From IMG/VR virus record IMGVR_UViG_3300046170_000378, positions 1 to 64,000 of that record: 64,000 bases of DNA. The stretch is one strand, 5' to 3'. The position numbers were made by a program, and so were the translations under genes. The notes beneath the pieces were generated by a model. That model did not search any database. It had not been told where the DNA came from and saw only the letters and a program-made list of their open reading frames with translations. Every line of letters starts with the position of its first letter. Position 1 is the first letter of the stretch. Of this stretch, positions 1-9,670 are shown piece after piece.

Positions 1-53
1 AACCACACCGCGAACATACACACACCCGAAGGACTCCGAATAGCCCCTATGCG

Positions 54-90
54 AAAAAAGAGGGACCCAGTGCTATATTCTGGATCCCTC
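54..90 (-). terminator. Intrinsic terminator after the RadA-like gene
   Basis: Minus strand reads GAGGGATCCAG...CTGGGTCCCTC followed by T6. Confidence 0.7.
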
Positions 91-142
91 AGGTGTAATT
101 AAAAGTCCCGGCTTCATCTGACCCGCCGGAGGGGTATGCGAT

Positions 143-1245
143 TTATGCTGATTCTGCGTCCTGGGCAGCTTCTGCTGTCTCGGCCTCCGTCGGGAGGGAA
201 CCAAACAGGCTATCAAAGGCGCCATCCTCAGCCTTAAGCTTCTCCTTTTCTTCGGCTATCAGGGCTTCATTCAGCAGGTCTCGTGAGTAACGGCCTTCAT
301 CAAAGCTAACCCCGTTGGTGAAATCAAAGAACAGCTTTTGGCCTACATTACCCAGACGGTTCTTAGTGAATTCCATATACCTTTCAGATGAGTTCTCTCC
401 GCCCTTCCAGTTGAGGTCCATCATGGCAGTAGTCATGTGCTTCAGCTTGTTAGAGCCGACGAATGTACCACCCTTAGAGAGCTGGAGGATAGTGATAAAG
501 GTAGGTGTATACCTTGCGCTTGTTTTCACCTTTGTTTTGGGCGATCATCAGGTCTAAGGAACCACTTTTCAGTTTTAGAACGGGTTAGGCCGCACTCCTC
601 TTTAACCGTGTCATTAACCTCAGTGTAAGAGTCAGTTAAGACCAAGTCCCAACCCTGTTTAAGGGTAGCCTCGATTACTGCCTTAGGGTCTTGATCTACA
701 TAGTCACTCAAGAAGAGGATTGGTAGTTGGCCCCAGTGAGGGAATCTTTTAAGGTAACGTGCCATGTCCAACTGATTCATTTCAGCCGAGATAAAGAGTA
801 CCTTCTTGTCAGAGTTTTGTTGCACTTGGTACAGCATCTCTAGGAGCACAGTAGTCTTACCAACACCGGGTGCACCAGCGGCCATGATGTTAGAACCTGG
901 CATGAAACCACCATCATTAGAGAGGAACTTATCAGCCACAGTACCAGTAGCCATAGGCGTGAAGAGATCATCTGAGAATTTCAGATCATCTAGCTTGGTT
1001 AGTTTAACCTTAACTGACTTAGCTTTGGCATTGGCCTGCGGAGTGGTCTTGTAGTGGCCTTCATAATCTTTACGGCCTGACCAAGTACCAGACTCAGTGA
1101 TACTAAGCAGTTTACCTGCGTTGAGGTATTGAGCTACCTTGTCATATTTGGCATCTACGCCTTTGGTAACTTGAATCGTTTTAGCAGTCTCTACTGACCG
1201 CGCCTCAATAGAGGTCTTTGTCTTTTGTTTAAGTGTATATAGCAT
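143..1245 (-). CDS. RadA/Sms-like RecA-fold ATPase (split by two +1 insertions near 505-560)
   Basis: Walker A GAPGVGKTT, LFISAEM motif, Walker B LVLTDS. The second fragment has ILQLSKGGTFVGSNKLKHMTTAM, resembling the RadA 'HvtK.G..aGp..LeH.vD' region. Removing two bases fuses ORFs 526-1245 and 143-529. Confidence 0.65.
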
Positions 1246-1325
1246 ATCTTTAACTTTTAATTACATAGTAAATATACGTGAAACTTTTGACAACCCAAAA
1301 TCTGGGCTGCGAAAGTTACGAACAA

Positions 1326-1547
1326 TTATTTCTTACCAACTAGGATGCGGTTGCCGATTTTAATCTGGTCGATACTCATAAAGGCAGTGATCATACCAAG
1401 TGTAGCGGCCATCAAAAAGAAACCAGCAGCATTGGCTTCACCAGCAAAGGTGATATACTTGTCAATAGTTTCAGTTACAGTCATAGCAGCTACGGCAAAA
1501 CTAGCGATAGCGATAAGAAGGAATTTAATGTCGAATGTGATCTTCAT
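1326..1547 (-). CDS. Small two-TM membrane protein
   Basis: Two hydrophobic segments; own class I promoter at 1572-1595. Confidence 0.65.
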   Translation of the reverse strand: MKITFDIKFLLIAIASFAVAAMTVTETIDKYITFAGEANAAGFFLMAATLGMITAFMSIDQIKIGNRILVGKK

Positions 1548-1635
1548 GATTATTAGCTTTTAATTACAGTACTAATATACCACAAATAAATGACATAAAA
1601 AAATCTGGAGCTAATTATTTTCAAATTATTTTCAT

Positions 1636-1666
1636 AAAAAAAGCCAGCCTCTAAGAGAGACTGGCT
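1636..1666 (-). terminator. Intrinsic terminator
   Basis: AGCCAGTCTCT-CTT-AGAGGCTGGCT followed by a T run on the minus strand. Confidence 0.65.
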
Positions 1667-1822
1667 GGGAAGGGACTTAGATCCTGAGTCTTATTAAGCC
1701 GTTTACTGCAGGTGGCTTGATGCTCTGATCATACTCCCGGTTTTCATAAGCAATTGGTTCGGAACCTCAACGGCACTTAATAGAGTTTCGATTGTCCGTG
1801 TTCTTGGTTCCGAATAGTCCAA

Positions 1823-2975
1823 TTAGTTTAGTAGTGCACCTACTTGAGCTTGAGCGTCAAGGTGTGCGTTAGCTGCAAACGGTGAAGCCATTTGATTACC
1901 AAGATCAAACTCTTTACCAAGAATGTTACCAGCTTGAACCATCATCTCAGTAGATTCTCGGTCAGTCATATTGAAAGCCAAGTTTTCAGGAGCGTGGGTT
2001 GCACAGTGAGTAACACCGTTTACCAATGACCAGATTGATTGGTCAGTACGAGCATTCTTTTTCTGAGCTGAAGTGAAATCTGCAGGATTCATATTCATCT
2101 TAGTGTATGCTGCACGGTTATCATTCAATGGGATCCAAGAGTCAGCTGCGTCACCTGCTGCACGCTTAACAATGTTGTGTGCTCGTTCCATTTCCCAAAG
2201 AGAAGCTGGAGTTTCAGTAGCCAATTTAACAGTGTTAGCAAAGTCAGTTGGAACAAAGCCCATTCTTTTGCAATTGGTTCATGTGTTGGAAGAAGTTCTC
2301 CATAGATTCCTTACTCAAGTTGTTAAGAGAGTAGGATTCGTTAGCCAAACCAGTAGTAAGACCGTTAGTACACCACATACGGTTTACATACGGCATAACT
2401 TGAATACCACCAATCGGTGAGTTCTTAAGTGTAATACCCGAGTTGAATACCTCATCAGAAAGGCCGAGTGCACCAAGATCAAAGTTGGCGTTAGGATTCA
2501 CCGCGTTAATAATAACCGAACCCTTATTACCATCAATACCCCAATTAGTAACCTCAAAGCCGTGTTGATCAATGATCTGATCGGCAAGGTTAATGAATCG
2601 GTCGTGAGAGATAATATCCGTAGCTAGCTTAGTGAAGCCAACAACCTTCTTAGAGGTAGGGGATAGAATAATAGTAATCTCATTTAGCTGAGCCGCCATA
2701 GCGTTCTTCATTTGGTTAATGAAAGAAGCTTTTGCCTCAGGGCTAAAGAGTGATTCGAACTTACTAGCGAATGCTTGGCTCATACCAATGATTTTCATAA
2801 GACCTTTAAAAGCGTCTTTAGTGATCTCTAGTCGTTTACCTTGGTATTCGATCGTAGTATCATTGATGAGGTTGATATCGCGCACTGCAACAGTCTTACG
2901 TAGTGACTGAGAGTTACGTGTCATAGCCTTGCGGTTATCGATTTCAGTTGCGGATAATGTTGTTAATACTGGCAT
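1823..2975 (-). CDS. DUF932-like protein (frameshifted near 2270)
   Basis: VNRMWCTNGL motif and C-terminal SIWSLVNGVTHCATH are typical of DUF932. Fused length is 3n+1. Confidence 0.6.
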
Positions 2976-3039
2976 AATCTGTGTTATTTGTTTATTATAT
3001 GATTTACTTACTGAATTGTTTCAACAATAGGTAGAGTAT

Positions 3040-3330
3040 TTATTCAGCTTCTACTAACTGATTAGCCTTGATATAATCATCTTGATTACCAAGGACTGTA
3101 GGCTCTTGCCATTGGATTTCATAATCAAGATACTCGAACTTTTCTATGTCACTGTTTTGACCTTCAAGCATCTTACCGAAAACCTCACGAGGATCACTAT
3201 ACAGCAAAAGATCTGCATCCATCTCGATCTGAAAGGTGTGTCCACCCTTAGGCTTCCAGTGGAAGTTACCTTCGTGGAACCCGTAGTTTTCATAATATTG
3301 CGTCTGAACTAAAACTTTATTTACACTCAT
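3040..3330 (-). CDS. Hypothetical protein
   Basis: ORF MSVNKVLVQTQYYENYG downstream of the class I promoter at 3372-3395. Confidence 0.65.
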   Translation of the reverse strand: MSVNKVLVQTQYYENYGFHEGNFHWKPKGGHTFQIEMDADLLLYSDPREVFGKMLEGQNSDIEKFEYLDYEIQWQEPTVLGNQDDYIKANQLVEAE

Positions 3331-3432
3331 AATTTCTCTTTTTGCGTTGGCTTCAACCAACAATTACAGTACTAATATACGTGAAACTTTTGACAACCCA
3401 AAATCTGGGCGTCAAAAGTTACGAACATTTTA

Positions 3433-3829
3433 TTAAGCAACTGCAAACTTAACCATCTGAATGGAGACTTTGTAGCTTCCACCATTCTTAACTGACTTAA
3501 CAAGCACAGGAGCTTTCTTAGATCGTGGCTTATAACCAGCAATAGTATACTCATCACCTTGAAGGTAAATAGTATCTCCAACGTTGAGGTCACCTAGACC
3601 AACTAGATTCTTATACTGATCAAAGGCTTGAGCCTCTTTAGTAACAGCAACTCCACCGGAACCGATGACACCTGCGTTAACTTTAATAGTAGCAGTCTCA
3701 GCAGGTAAAAGAGATGTTACCTGCAGACAATGAAATACCGTGCTCAGCAGCTACTTTAGCCAAAGCAGCATCAAGAGATACACGAAGAGACTTAAGGGCT
3801 GGGCGATTGAAAGATTGAATTTTACTCAT
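3433..3829 (-). CDS. Hypothetical protein missed by the ORF track (one +1 insertion near 3705)
   Basis: Manual translation MSKIQSFNRPALKSLRVSLDAALAKVAAEHGISLSAGNISF/TAETATIKV...KVSIQMVKFAVA*. Length 3n+1; own class I promoter. Confidence 0.6.
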
Positions 3830-3926
3830 TTTGTTTTTGTTTAGGATTAACGATTAATTACAATACTAATATACGTGAAATAATTGACAACCCAAAATCT
3901 GGGCTGACAAAGTTACGAACAATTTA

Positions 3927-4091
3927 TTAGACTACTTTAGAGATTGCGATTTGACGACCTACAAAATAGTCGAGTTTCTGAGCGGCAAATTCAATACCGG
4001 CTTGATCAAGGTTCTCAATAGCCTTATTCATCTTATAAGTCCAGTAACCGATCTTCTCAGTGTAGCCATTAGGGTAACGTGAATTTTTCAT
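3927..4091 (-). CDS. Small hypothetical protein
   Basis: MKNSRYPNGYTEKIGYWTYKMNKA downstream of the class I promoter at 4135-4158. Confidence 0.5.
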   Translation of the reverse strand: MKNSRYPNGYTEKIGYWTYKMNKAIENLDQAGIEFAAQKLDYFVGRQIAISKVV

Positions 4092-4183
4092 AAAGGTGTT
4101 TTTTAGTGAGGCAGCAGCCTCGATTAGTATACTACTAATATACAAAAAATATTTGACAAATAAAAATCCGGAGCTAATTATTT

Positions 4184-4351
4184 TTACAGCATGCCTTCTT
4201 CAGCCAATTCAGGAAACTTAGCTCGAAGCGCAATATCAGCGGTCCACTTCATTTCGCGCAGGCTAACAACCATAGCAGCAGTATGCGCAATAACAAGGAT
4301 CTGAATCAGATTAACCGCAAAGGGGTAAGAGTTAGAAAGAATATCAATCAT
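4184..4351 (-). CDS. 55-aa hydrophobic protein (not in the ORF track)
   Basis: MIDILSNSYPFAVNLIQILVIAHTAAMVVSLREMKWTADIALRAKFPELAEEGML*, with a class I promoter at 4384-4407. Confidence 0.55.
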   Translation of the reverse strand: MIDILSNSYPFAVNLIQILVIAHTAAMVVSLREMKWTADIALRAKFPELAEEGML

Positions 4352-4456
4352 AGTATAAGAGGTTTATTAGTTAACTTACATAGCTAATATACCACAAGAA
4401 GTTGACAATAAAAAATAATTTAACAACTATTTTTAGGCCCTTATATTAGGCCATAT

Positions 4457-4548
4457 AAAAAAAATATATGTAGGGCGGAGTCTACTCTTCCTCGGTCCAA
4501 AAAGAACCGACCGCCCTTAGGTGAGGACTGACCTTCAACCTACATATA
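4457..4548 (-). ncRNA. Candidate structured small RNA (about 85-90 nt)
   Basis: Class I promoter immediately upstream and no ORF. Terminal 10-bp inverted repeat (4465-4474/4539-4548), internal 7-bp stems, then a T8 run on the minus strand. Confidence 0.5.
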
Positions 4549-4709
4549 CAATATACGAAAAATAAATGACAACCCAAAGCAATTCAGCGACTAGTTACGA
4601 ACAACTTACGAACCGAAAAAACTCGCAACTTAGCATGAAACAATAAGCAAAAATCACGTATTATATAAGGAGAACCGCGATTAAGCCTAGGGCCCCTATA
4701 ACTAACAAA

Positions 4710-4728
4710 GGCGACTATAGAAGTCGCC
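4710..4728 (-). terminator. Probable terminator hairpin after 4758-5234
   Basis: GGCGACT-TCTAT-AGTCGCC followed by TTTGTT on the minus strand. Confidence 0.5.
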
Positions 4729-4757
4729 AATGTGAATCAACTAGTGCGCGCTACCAA

Positions 4758-5234
4758 TTAAACCTCAACCAGAGTAATATTCTTAAATGAATCCTCTAGC
4801 TTATAAGCATTGTCAGCCCAAGTTTTAGAACCAATAGCCTTCCAGTGACCATGATCCGCCATCTTAGGGAAGCAGCTATGGATAGTACCAATCTTAATAT
4901 TCTCCAAGATACAGTTAGCTACAGTAACAAACTTACCAGCCTTAAGGGCCAAAGCAGTCAAGTAATGATCTGCACCTGGATGGGTAGACTTAAGCTCTAT
5001 AGTATGGAGAGCATTCTTTTGGTATCGGCTAACCAAGTTCTCTAGGGTAGACTTACCATCAGAGATACAAAAGAAACCAGCTCTACACTTAGTGATCACT
5101 CGGTATTCATACTCAACGTCCCACTTAAAGCCATACTCACTAGTATGGAAGCGGTGCATTTTACCACCTATAGCTTGCTCAATAGAGAAGGTAGTGGCAT
5201 CGGAATGTTTGTCATAGTGTTCTTTAATATACAT
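4758..5234 (-). CDS. Hypothetical protein
   Basis: 158-aa ORF with its own class I promoter at 5259-5282. Confidence 0.7.
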   Translation of the reverse strand: MYIKEHYDKHSDATTFSIEQAIGGKMHRFHTSEYGFKWDVEYEYRVITKCRAGFFCISDGKSTLENLVSRYQKNALHTIELKSTHPGADHYLTALALKAGKFVTVANCILENIKIGTIHSCFPKMADHGHWKAIGSKTWADNAYKLEDSFKNITLVEV

Positions 5235-5319
5235 ATCTTTTAGCTTTTAATTACAGTACTAATATACCACAAATAGTTGACACTAAAAAATCCAGGCTAA
5301 TAAAGTTACGAACAATTTG

Positions 5320-6620
5320 AAACCGCCAGGGGACCCGAAGCGTATAAAGAAAGTATTGGGTTCAGAGGAAAGATAAGGTCCCGGGCAAAGCTCCAGGGCA
5401 AAGTACCAGCAGAGCTCCCCAGCGAAGCTCCCGGGACTAAGCCGCCAGAGCGCTCCCAGAAGCTTCTCCAGGAGCTTACCCAGAGAAGTCCCCAGAGCGC
5501 TTCCAGGAAGCTTCCCAGGAGCTCTAGGGGCCTTAGGGCGCACCAGCACCCCATGGTCCAACTTGTACCAAGATTACCCAAAGAGTCGGCGTGCCACCAA
5601 CAGCAATTATCACCTAGAAGACCTAGAGCTCGCAGGCATATACCGGTATCAGCTGAGCTCGCACACGCACAGAAGCACCAACATAACAATCGGATACAGA
5701 GACGCAGAGGAGCGCAGGCGAGCTCGGGGAGCCTACTGGCATAAAAAACCCAGGAGTAATGATCTGGTACCCAGAGGGAGGGAGTGCAAATGAGTCTAAT
5801 CACTCAAATGAATGGAGTGTGTAAATCGGATAAAGGGTCAGAGTGTCATATGAGTCAGAGAGCTTATAATGACGCAATACGCGCATATGAGCTTAATGAG
5901 CTTAAAGAGTACCCAGGGACCCAGAGTCGCGAATTTCCTGGGGGTGACATGTGGAGTCGCGGCGATTTATGGGCCTGGAGAGTAGATAAGTAACTTAGCT
6001 ATAGCTTTATTTCATAAGTGCTATTTGCGCAATAAGTATCACAGCGGGCCCCACCTCATCCCAGGCCTCAGAGGCTTACTAAAGACCCAACTCGATATTT
6101 AGATCACTCAGAGGACTCAGAGGTCCCGACCCCCACCAAAAAAACGTATACCGCAGAGCGCTGAAAAAATATTGGGCCCCCGGGGAAGAGAGCCTCCAGG
6201 GCCTAATCTACCACCAACGCGATCTCAAATGGATCGCGGACTGGTTCTACTTAAACGCACACTTAATCGCGCGCGGTGAAGATGAAGCCTTTGGGTATCC
6301 AATACCTCATACACCAGCAATGGACCTCAGAGACCTCAGATGATTTGCAATGGTATCACTTAGAGTACACAGAGAACTCAAAGAACTCAGAGACCAGAGA
6401 CTCCATGTGGAAATCATCTCACGCGCGAACTCTGGTATCTGGACTATTATAGAATCGCGCGCCCCCGGGGGAAGGACCAACCACACCGGTATCTCAGAGG
6501 GCCAGTGATGGACCAGCGAGGGTGAGGGGCCAGGGAGAGACCTTAAGGGTATACGCGCGAACTAGCGATGCTGAATTTTTCCCCGGTTCTGGGAATTTTC
6601 CTAAATTTCCCTAATAGGAC
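5320..6620. repeat. GC-rich, apparently non-coding region with degenerate short repeats (CCAG/GAGCT), at the divergence point of the two gene blocks
   Basis: Dense CCAGAGAGCTCCC-like units at 5380-5530, and GAGCT/CAGAG/CGCG units further right. ORFs here are low-complexity and overlap in several frames. Confidence 0.55.
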
Positions 6621-6686
6621 CTAAGAGAAATGAAACTAATCAATCTAGCTTTATATAAGAATAAACCCAAATAAAGAGAGCACACT

Positions 6687-6891
6687 ATGGCTAAAGACAA
6701 CAAAAGAAAGGGAATGAAAACAGTTAAGTGTATGAATCACGACCCAGAAAACTCAAAGTGGGGCGAGTATGCACCAGAAGATGGACCATGTGAAGAGACT
6801 CTACAAATAGACGAGCGCTCAACTAAGGGTTTGTGTTGGCGATGTACCTAGTCGCTCGGTTACTATGGTTAAAACATTTAGATCTGAGTAA
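6687..6891 (+). CDS. Small Cys-containing protein (one +1 insertion near 6847)
   Basis: MAKDNKRKGMKTVKCMNHDPE...GPCEE...GLCWRCT; possible Zn ligands; class II promoter at 6632. Confidence 0.55.
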
Positions 6892-6894
6892 CTA

Positions 6895-7383
6895 ATGAGA
6901 CGTTTCTTTAGAAAGCTTAGCAGATTTATTAGCTTTATACCACATGTGTGGCGAGGATACGATTGGGATTATCGTTATGCCGTAGACCTTTTTACTTACC
7001 AACTTTCCAGAACTGCAGACTTTTTAGAAAGCGATCGAGCCTATTCTGATAGAGCTAAACAAGATGCTGCGCGCATTCGCTCAACTGTAGAGCTATTGAC
7101 TAAAGTATATGATGAGGACTATGGAATGGCATACGTAGATGTAATTAAAGAAAAGTATGGAGAGTCTAACTTTAGTTTCAAGCCGACTAATGCACTCGAC
7201 AGCGATGGTCACCCATACTACATTATGCACGAAGAGTTTGAAAAGGATTATACAGATACTGAACTGCTATTAATTGCAGAAGACAGAGAAGCTATGGTAC
7301 ACGAGTGTAGACACAAGCAAAAACGAGCCCATAAAATTGCGTGGGACATGGTAGAACATAATATACAAAAATGGTGGGATTAA
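6895..7383 (+). CDS. Hypothetical protein
   Basis: 162-aa ORF in the operon. Confidence 0.7.
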   Translation: MRRFFRKLSRFISFIPHVWRGYDWDYRYAVDLFTYQLSRTADFLESDRAYSDRAKQDAARIRSTVELLTKVYDEDYGMAYVDVIKEKYGESNFSFKPTNALDSDGHPYYIMHEEFEKDYTDTELLLIAEDREAMVHECRHKQKRAHKIAWDMVEHNIQKWWD

Positions 7384-7384
7384 T

Positions 7385-7781
7385 ATGAAACTAGCACTAA
7401 TAGCACACGATGGTAAAAAGGCAGATATGGTTGCCTTTGTAATGAAAAGAATGGATTTCTTTAAAAGAGATCATGTTGAATTGGTAGGAACTGGAACTAC
7501 AGGAACCATGATCATGCATGCTGGCTTAGAAGTCGAGTTAGTAGCAAGTGGACCAATGGGAGGCGATGCTGAAATTCGGAGCTATGGTTACTCGTGGAGA
7601 AATTGACGGAGTTGTCTTCTTTAGAGATCCACTAGACAAACACCCACATGATGTTGATATTTCTATGTTGATGAGACTATGTGATGTGCACGAAATTCCA
7701 CTAGCAACAAATTATAAGTCTGCACACATCTTAGTAAAATACTTTTCAAACAAACCTCATCAAGTAACAGATAATGTATAA
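7385..7781 (+). CDS. mgsA: Methylglyoxal synthase (frameshift near 7577)
   Basis: LALIAHDGKK, GTGTTG, SGPMGGDAEI, FFRDPL..HPHDVDI..LMRLCDVH.IPLATN. Confidence 0.9.
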
Positions 7782-8667
7782 AAATAGACTCAGCGACTAC
7801 ATAGGTGATACGCCTATGATTAAAATCAATGACAAGCTTTGGGCTAAAGCAGAAGTATTCAACCCGACTGGCTCGATTAAAGATAGACCAGCTTCATATA
7901 TTATTAACGACGCAGAAAAGAACGGAACTCTATTACCAGGTGGAACTATATGTGAAGCCACTTCTGGCAATATGGGTGTGAGCTTTGCTTGGTTAGCGGC
8001 TGAGAGAGGGTATCGCTGTGTGATTATCATGCCTTCTAATATGTCAATGGAACGTAAGAAGACGCTTGAACTCTATGGTGCTGAGCTGATTGAGGTAGAT
8101 CCTGGCGATTTTGACGGAGCTATTGCTCTCAGAGATGAAATGTGTGAAATTAATGGGTGGTTCAACTGTAACCAATTTGGCAATCCTATAAATATAGAAT
8201 CACACAAAGAAGGTACTGCTAAAGAGATCATTAAACGATTCCACGGTCTAAACGACGGTAATGGATATGTAGAATGTTTAGTGACAGGAACTGGAACTGG
8301 CGGAACTCTAATGGGATGTGGACCTCAACTTAAAACTGTTTGGCCAGGAATGAAAGTTGTTGCAGTGGAACCCGATGAATCACCGGTCATGAGTGGTGGA
8401 GAACCTGGTTTACATGGAATTCAAGGCATTGGCGATGGTAGTAAATTCTTAGTAGAGATGAAAGAAGTTTCTGAAGTTTTAAGAATTAAAACAGAAGACG
8501 CAAAATCTAGAGCTAGACAGCTTGCCAAAGAACATGGAATATTTGTTGGTATTTCGGCTGGCGCAAATATATTGGCCGCTGAAAAATGGATTGAAGATAA
8601 TAATCCAACTGGAATCGTAGTCACATTCTTATGTGACAGAGGAGATCGATACTTCAGTTGTATATAA
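7774..8667 (+). CDS. cysK: Cysteine synthase (PLP-dependent)
   Basis: IGDTP, NPTGSIKDR (PLP Lys), EATSGNMG, GTGTGGT, HGIQGIG, GISAGAN, CDRGDRY. Confidence 0.9.
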   Translation: MYKNRLSDYIGDTPMIKINDKLWAKAEVFNPTGSIKDRPASYIINDAEKNGTLLPGGTICEATSGNMGVSFAWLAAERGYRCVIIMPSNMSMERKKTLELYGAELIEVDPGDFDGAIALRDEMCEINGWFNCNQFGNPINIESHKEGTAKEIIKRFHGLNDGNGYVECLVTGTGTGGTLMGCGPQLKTVWPGMKVVAVEPDESPVMSGGEPGLHGIQGIGDGSKFLVEMKEVSEVLRIKTEDAKSRARQLAKEHGIFVGISAGANILAAEKWIEDNNPTGIVVTFLCDRGDRYFSCI

Positions 8668-8678
8668 TATAATAATAA

Positions 8679-9608
8679 ATGAGTAGCATAGAAGAACAAT
8701 ATCGTGGACTGTTAGGTTCGCTTTTGCACAATTCAACACCCAAAGACGATCGCACAGGAACTGGAACACTATCTATATTTGGCAGACAAATAAGACACGA
8801 TATGAAACAGGGGTTTCCTTTATTAACTACAAAGAAAATAGCTGTCAAAACTATGATGACAGAATTAAAGTGGTTCTTAAGAGGAGATACTAACATTAAA
8901 TATTTGGTAGACAATGGCTGTAATATTTGGAATGGCGATGCATATAAACGCTTTACCTATTATACTGACGAAAGCACGTCTATGGAGAGATTCATAGAAT
9001 TAATTAAAACTGACGATGAGTTTGCTGAAAAGTGGGGTGAATTAGGTCCTATATATGGTAAACAATGGAGAAGATGGAAAGGCGATACTTGGGTGGAAGG
9101 AAATACTGATGGAACTGAGGGATTTTATCTTCAATCTGAAACGATTGACCAAATCCAAAACCTAATCAATGACCTTAAAACAAACCCAGATTCTAGACGA
9201 TTGATGGTATCGGCGTGGAATGTTGGAGATTTACCAACTATGACTTTGCCACCTTGTCACTATGGATTTCAGTGTTACGTAAGAGATGGTAAATATCTTT
9301 CATTAATGTGGAACCAAAGATCTGTAGATACTTTCTTAGGTCTTCCATTTAATATTGCAAGTTATGCGGCATTACTTTGTTTGATCGCAGAAGAAGTCGA
9401 TATGATTCCAGATCAATTGATTGGAAACTTAGGCGATGTGCACTTATATTCTAATCATGTAGATCAAGCAATGGAACAGATTTCTAGAGAGATCTATGAT
9501 TTGCCTACAGTTTCATTTAAGAATGTAAACATGCTGGATGGTGAATTTGATTATGAGGTACACAACTATAAGCACCACCCCAGAATTTCGGCACCTTTGT
9601 CAAATTAA
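8679..9608 (+). CDS. thyA: Thymidylate synthase
   Basis: DRTGTGT, FPLLTTKK, LGPIYGKQWR, LPPCH, QRSVDTFLGLPFNIASY. Confidence 0.95.
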   Translation: MSSIEEQYRGLLGSLLHNSTPKDDRTGTGTLSIFGRQIRHDMKQGFPLLTTKKIAVKTMMTELKWFLRGDTNIKYLVDNGCNIWNGDAYKRFTYYTDESTSMERFIELIKTDDEFAEKWGELGPIYGKQWRRWKGDTWVEGNTDGTEGFYLQSETIDQIQNLINDLKTNPDSRRLMVSAWNVGDLPTMTLPPCHYGFQCYVRDGKYLSLMWNQRSVDTFLGLPFNIASYAALLCLIAEEVDMIPDQLIGNLGDVHLYSNHVDQAMEQISREIYDLPTVSFKNVNMLDGEFDYEVHNYKHHPRISAPLSN

Positions 9609-9670
9609 TAAACTTAATCATATTCTCACGTATAACACATAGAATATATTAACACAAAAAACATTACAAC

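Larger units (their letters stand above)
1268..5282 (-). promoter_or_regulatory. Class I (early-type) promoter motif TGTCA-N11-TATATT(A/T)(G/A/T), 8 leftward copies
   Basis: Copies with identical 11-nt spacing at about 1268-1292, 1572-1595, 3372-3395, 3866-3889, 4135-4158, 4384-4407, 4549-4571 and 5259-5282, each directly upstream of a leftward gene or RNA. Confidence 0.8.

Noticed and set aside
4457-4548. The small RNA as a tRNA or hammerhead ribozyme
   Set aside because: No T-loop GTTC(G/A)A, anticodon arm or CCA end, and no CUGANGA/GAAA core on either strand.
1255-5318. Repeated ~40-70-nt intergenic elements as a CRISPR array
   Set aside because: The repeats are degenerate, separated by 170-1800 nt of coding sequence, and sit at a promoter position relative to start codons.
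5283-5993. Overlapping ORFs in the GC-rich block
   Set aside because: Low complexity, present in several frames on both strands, unlike the codon style of flanking genes, and without a promoter motif.
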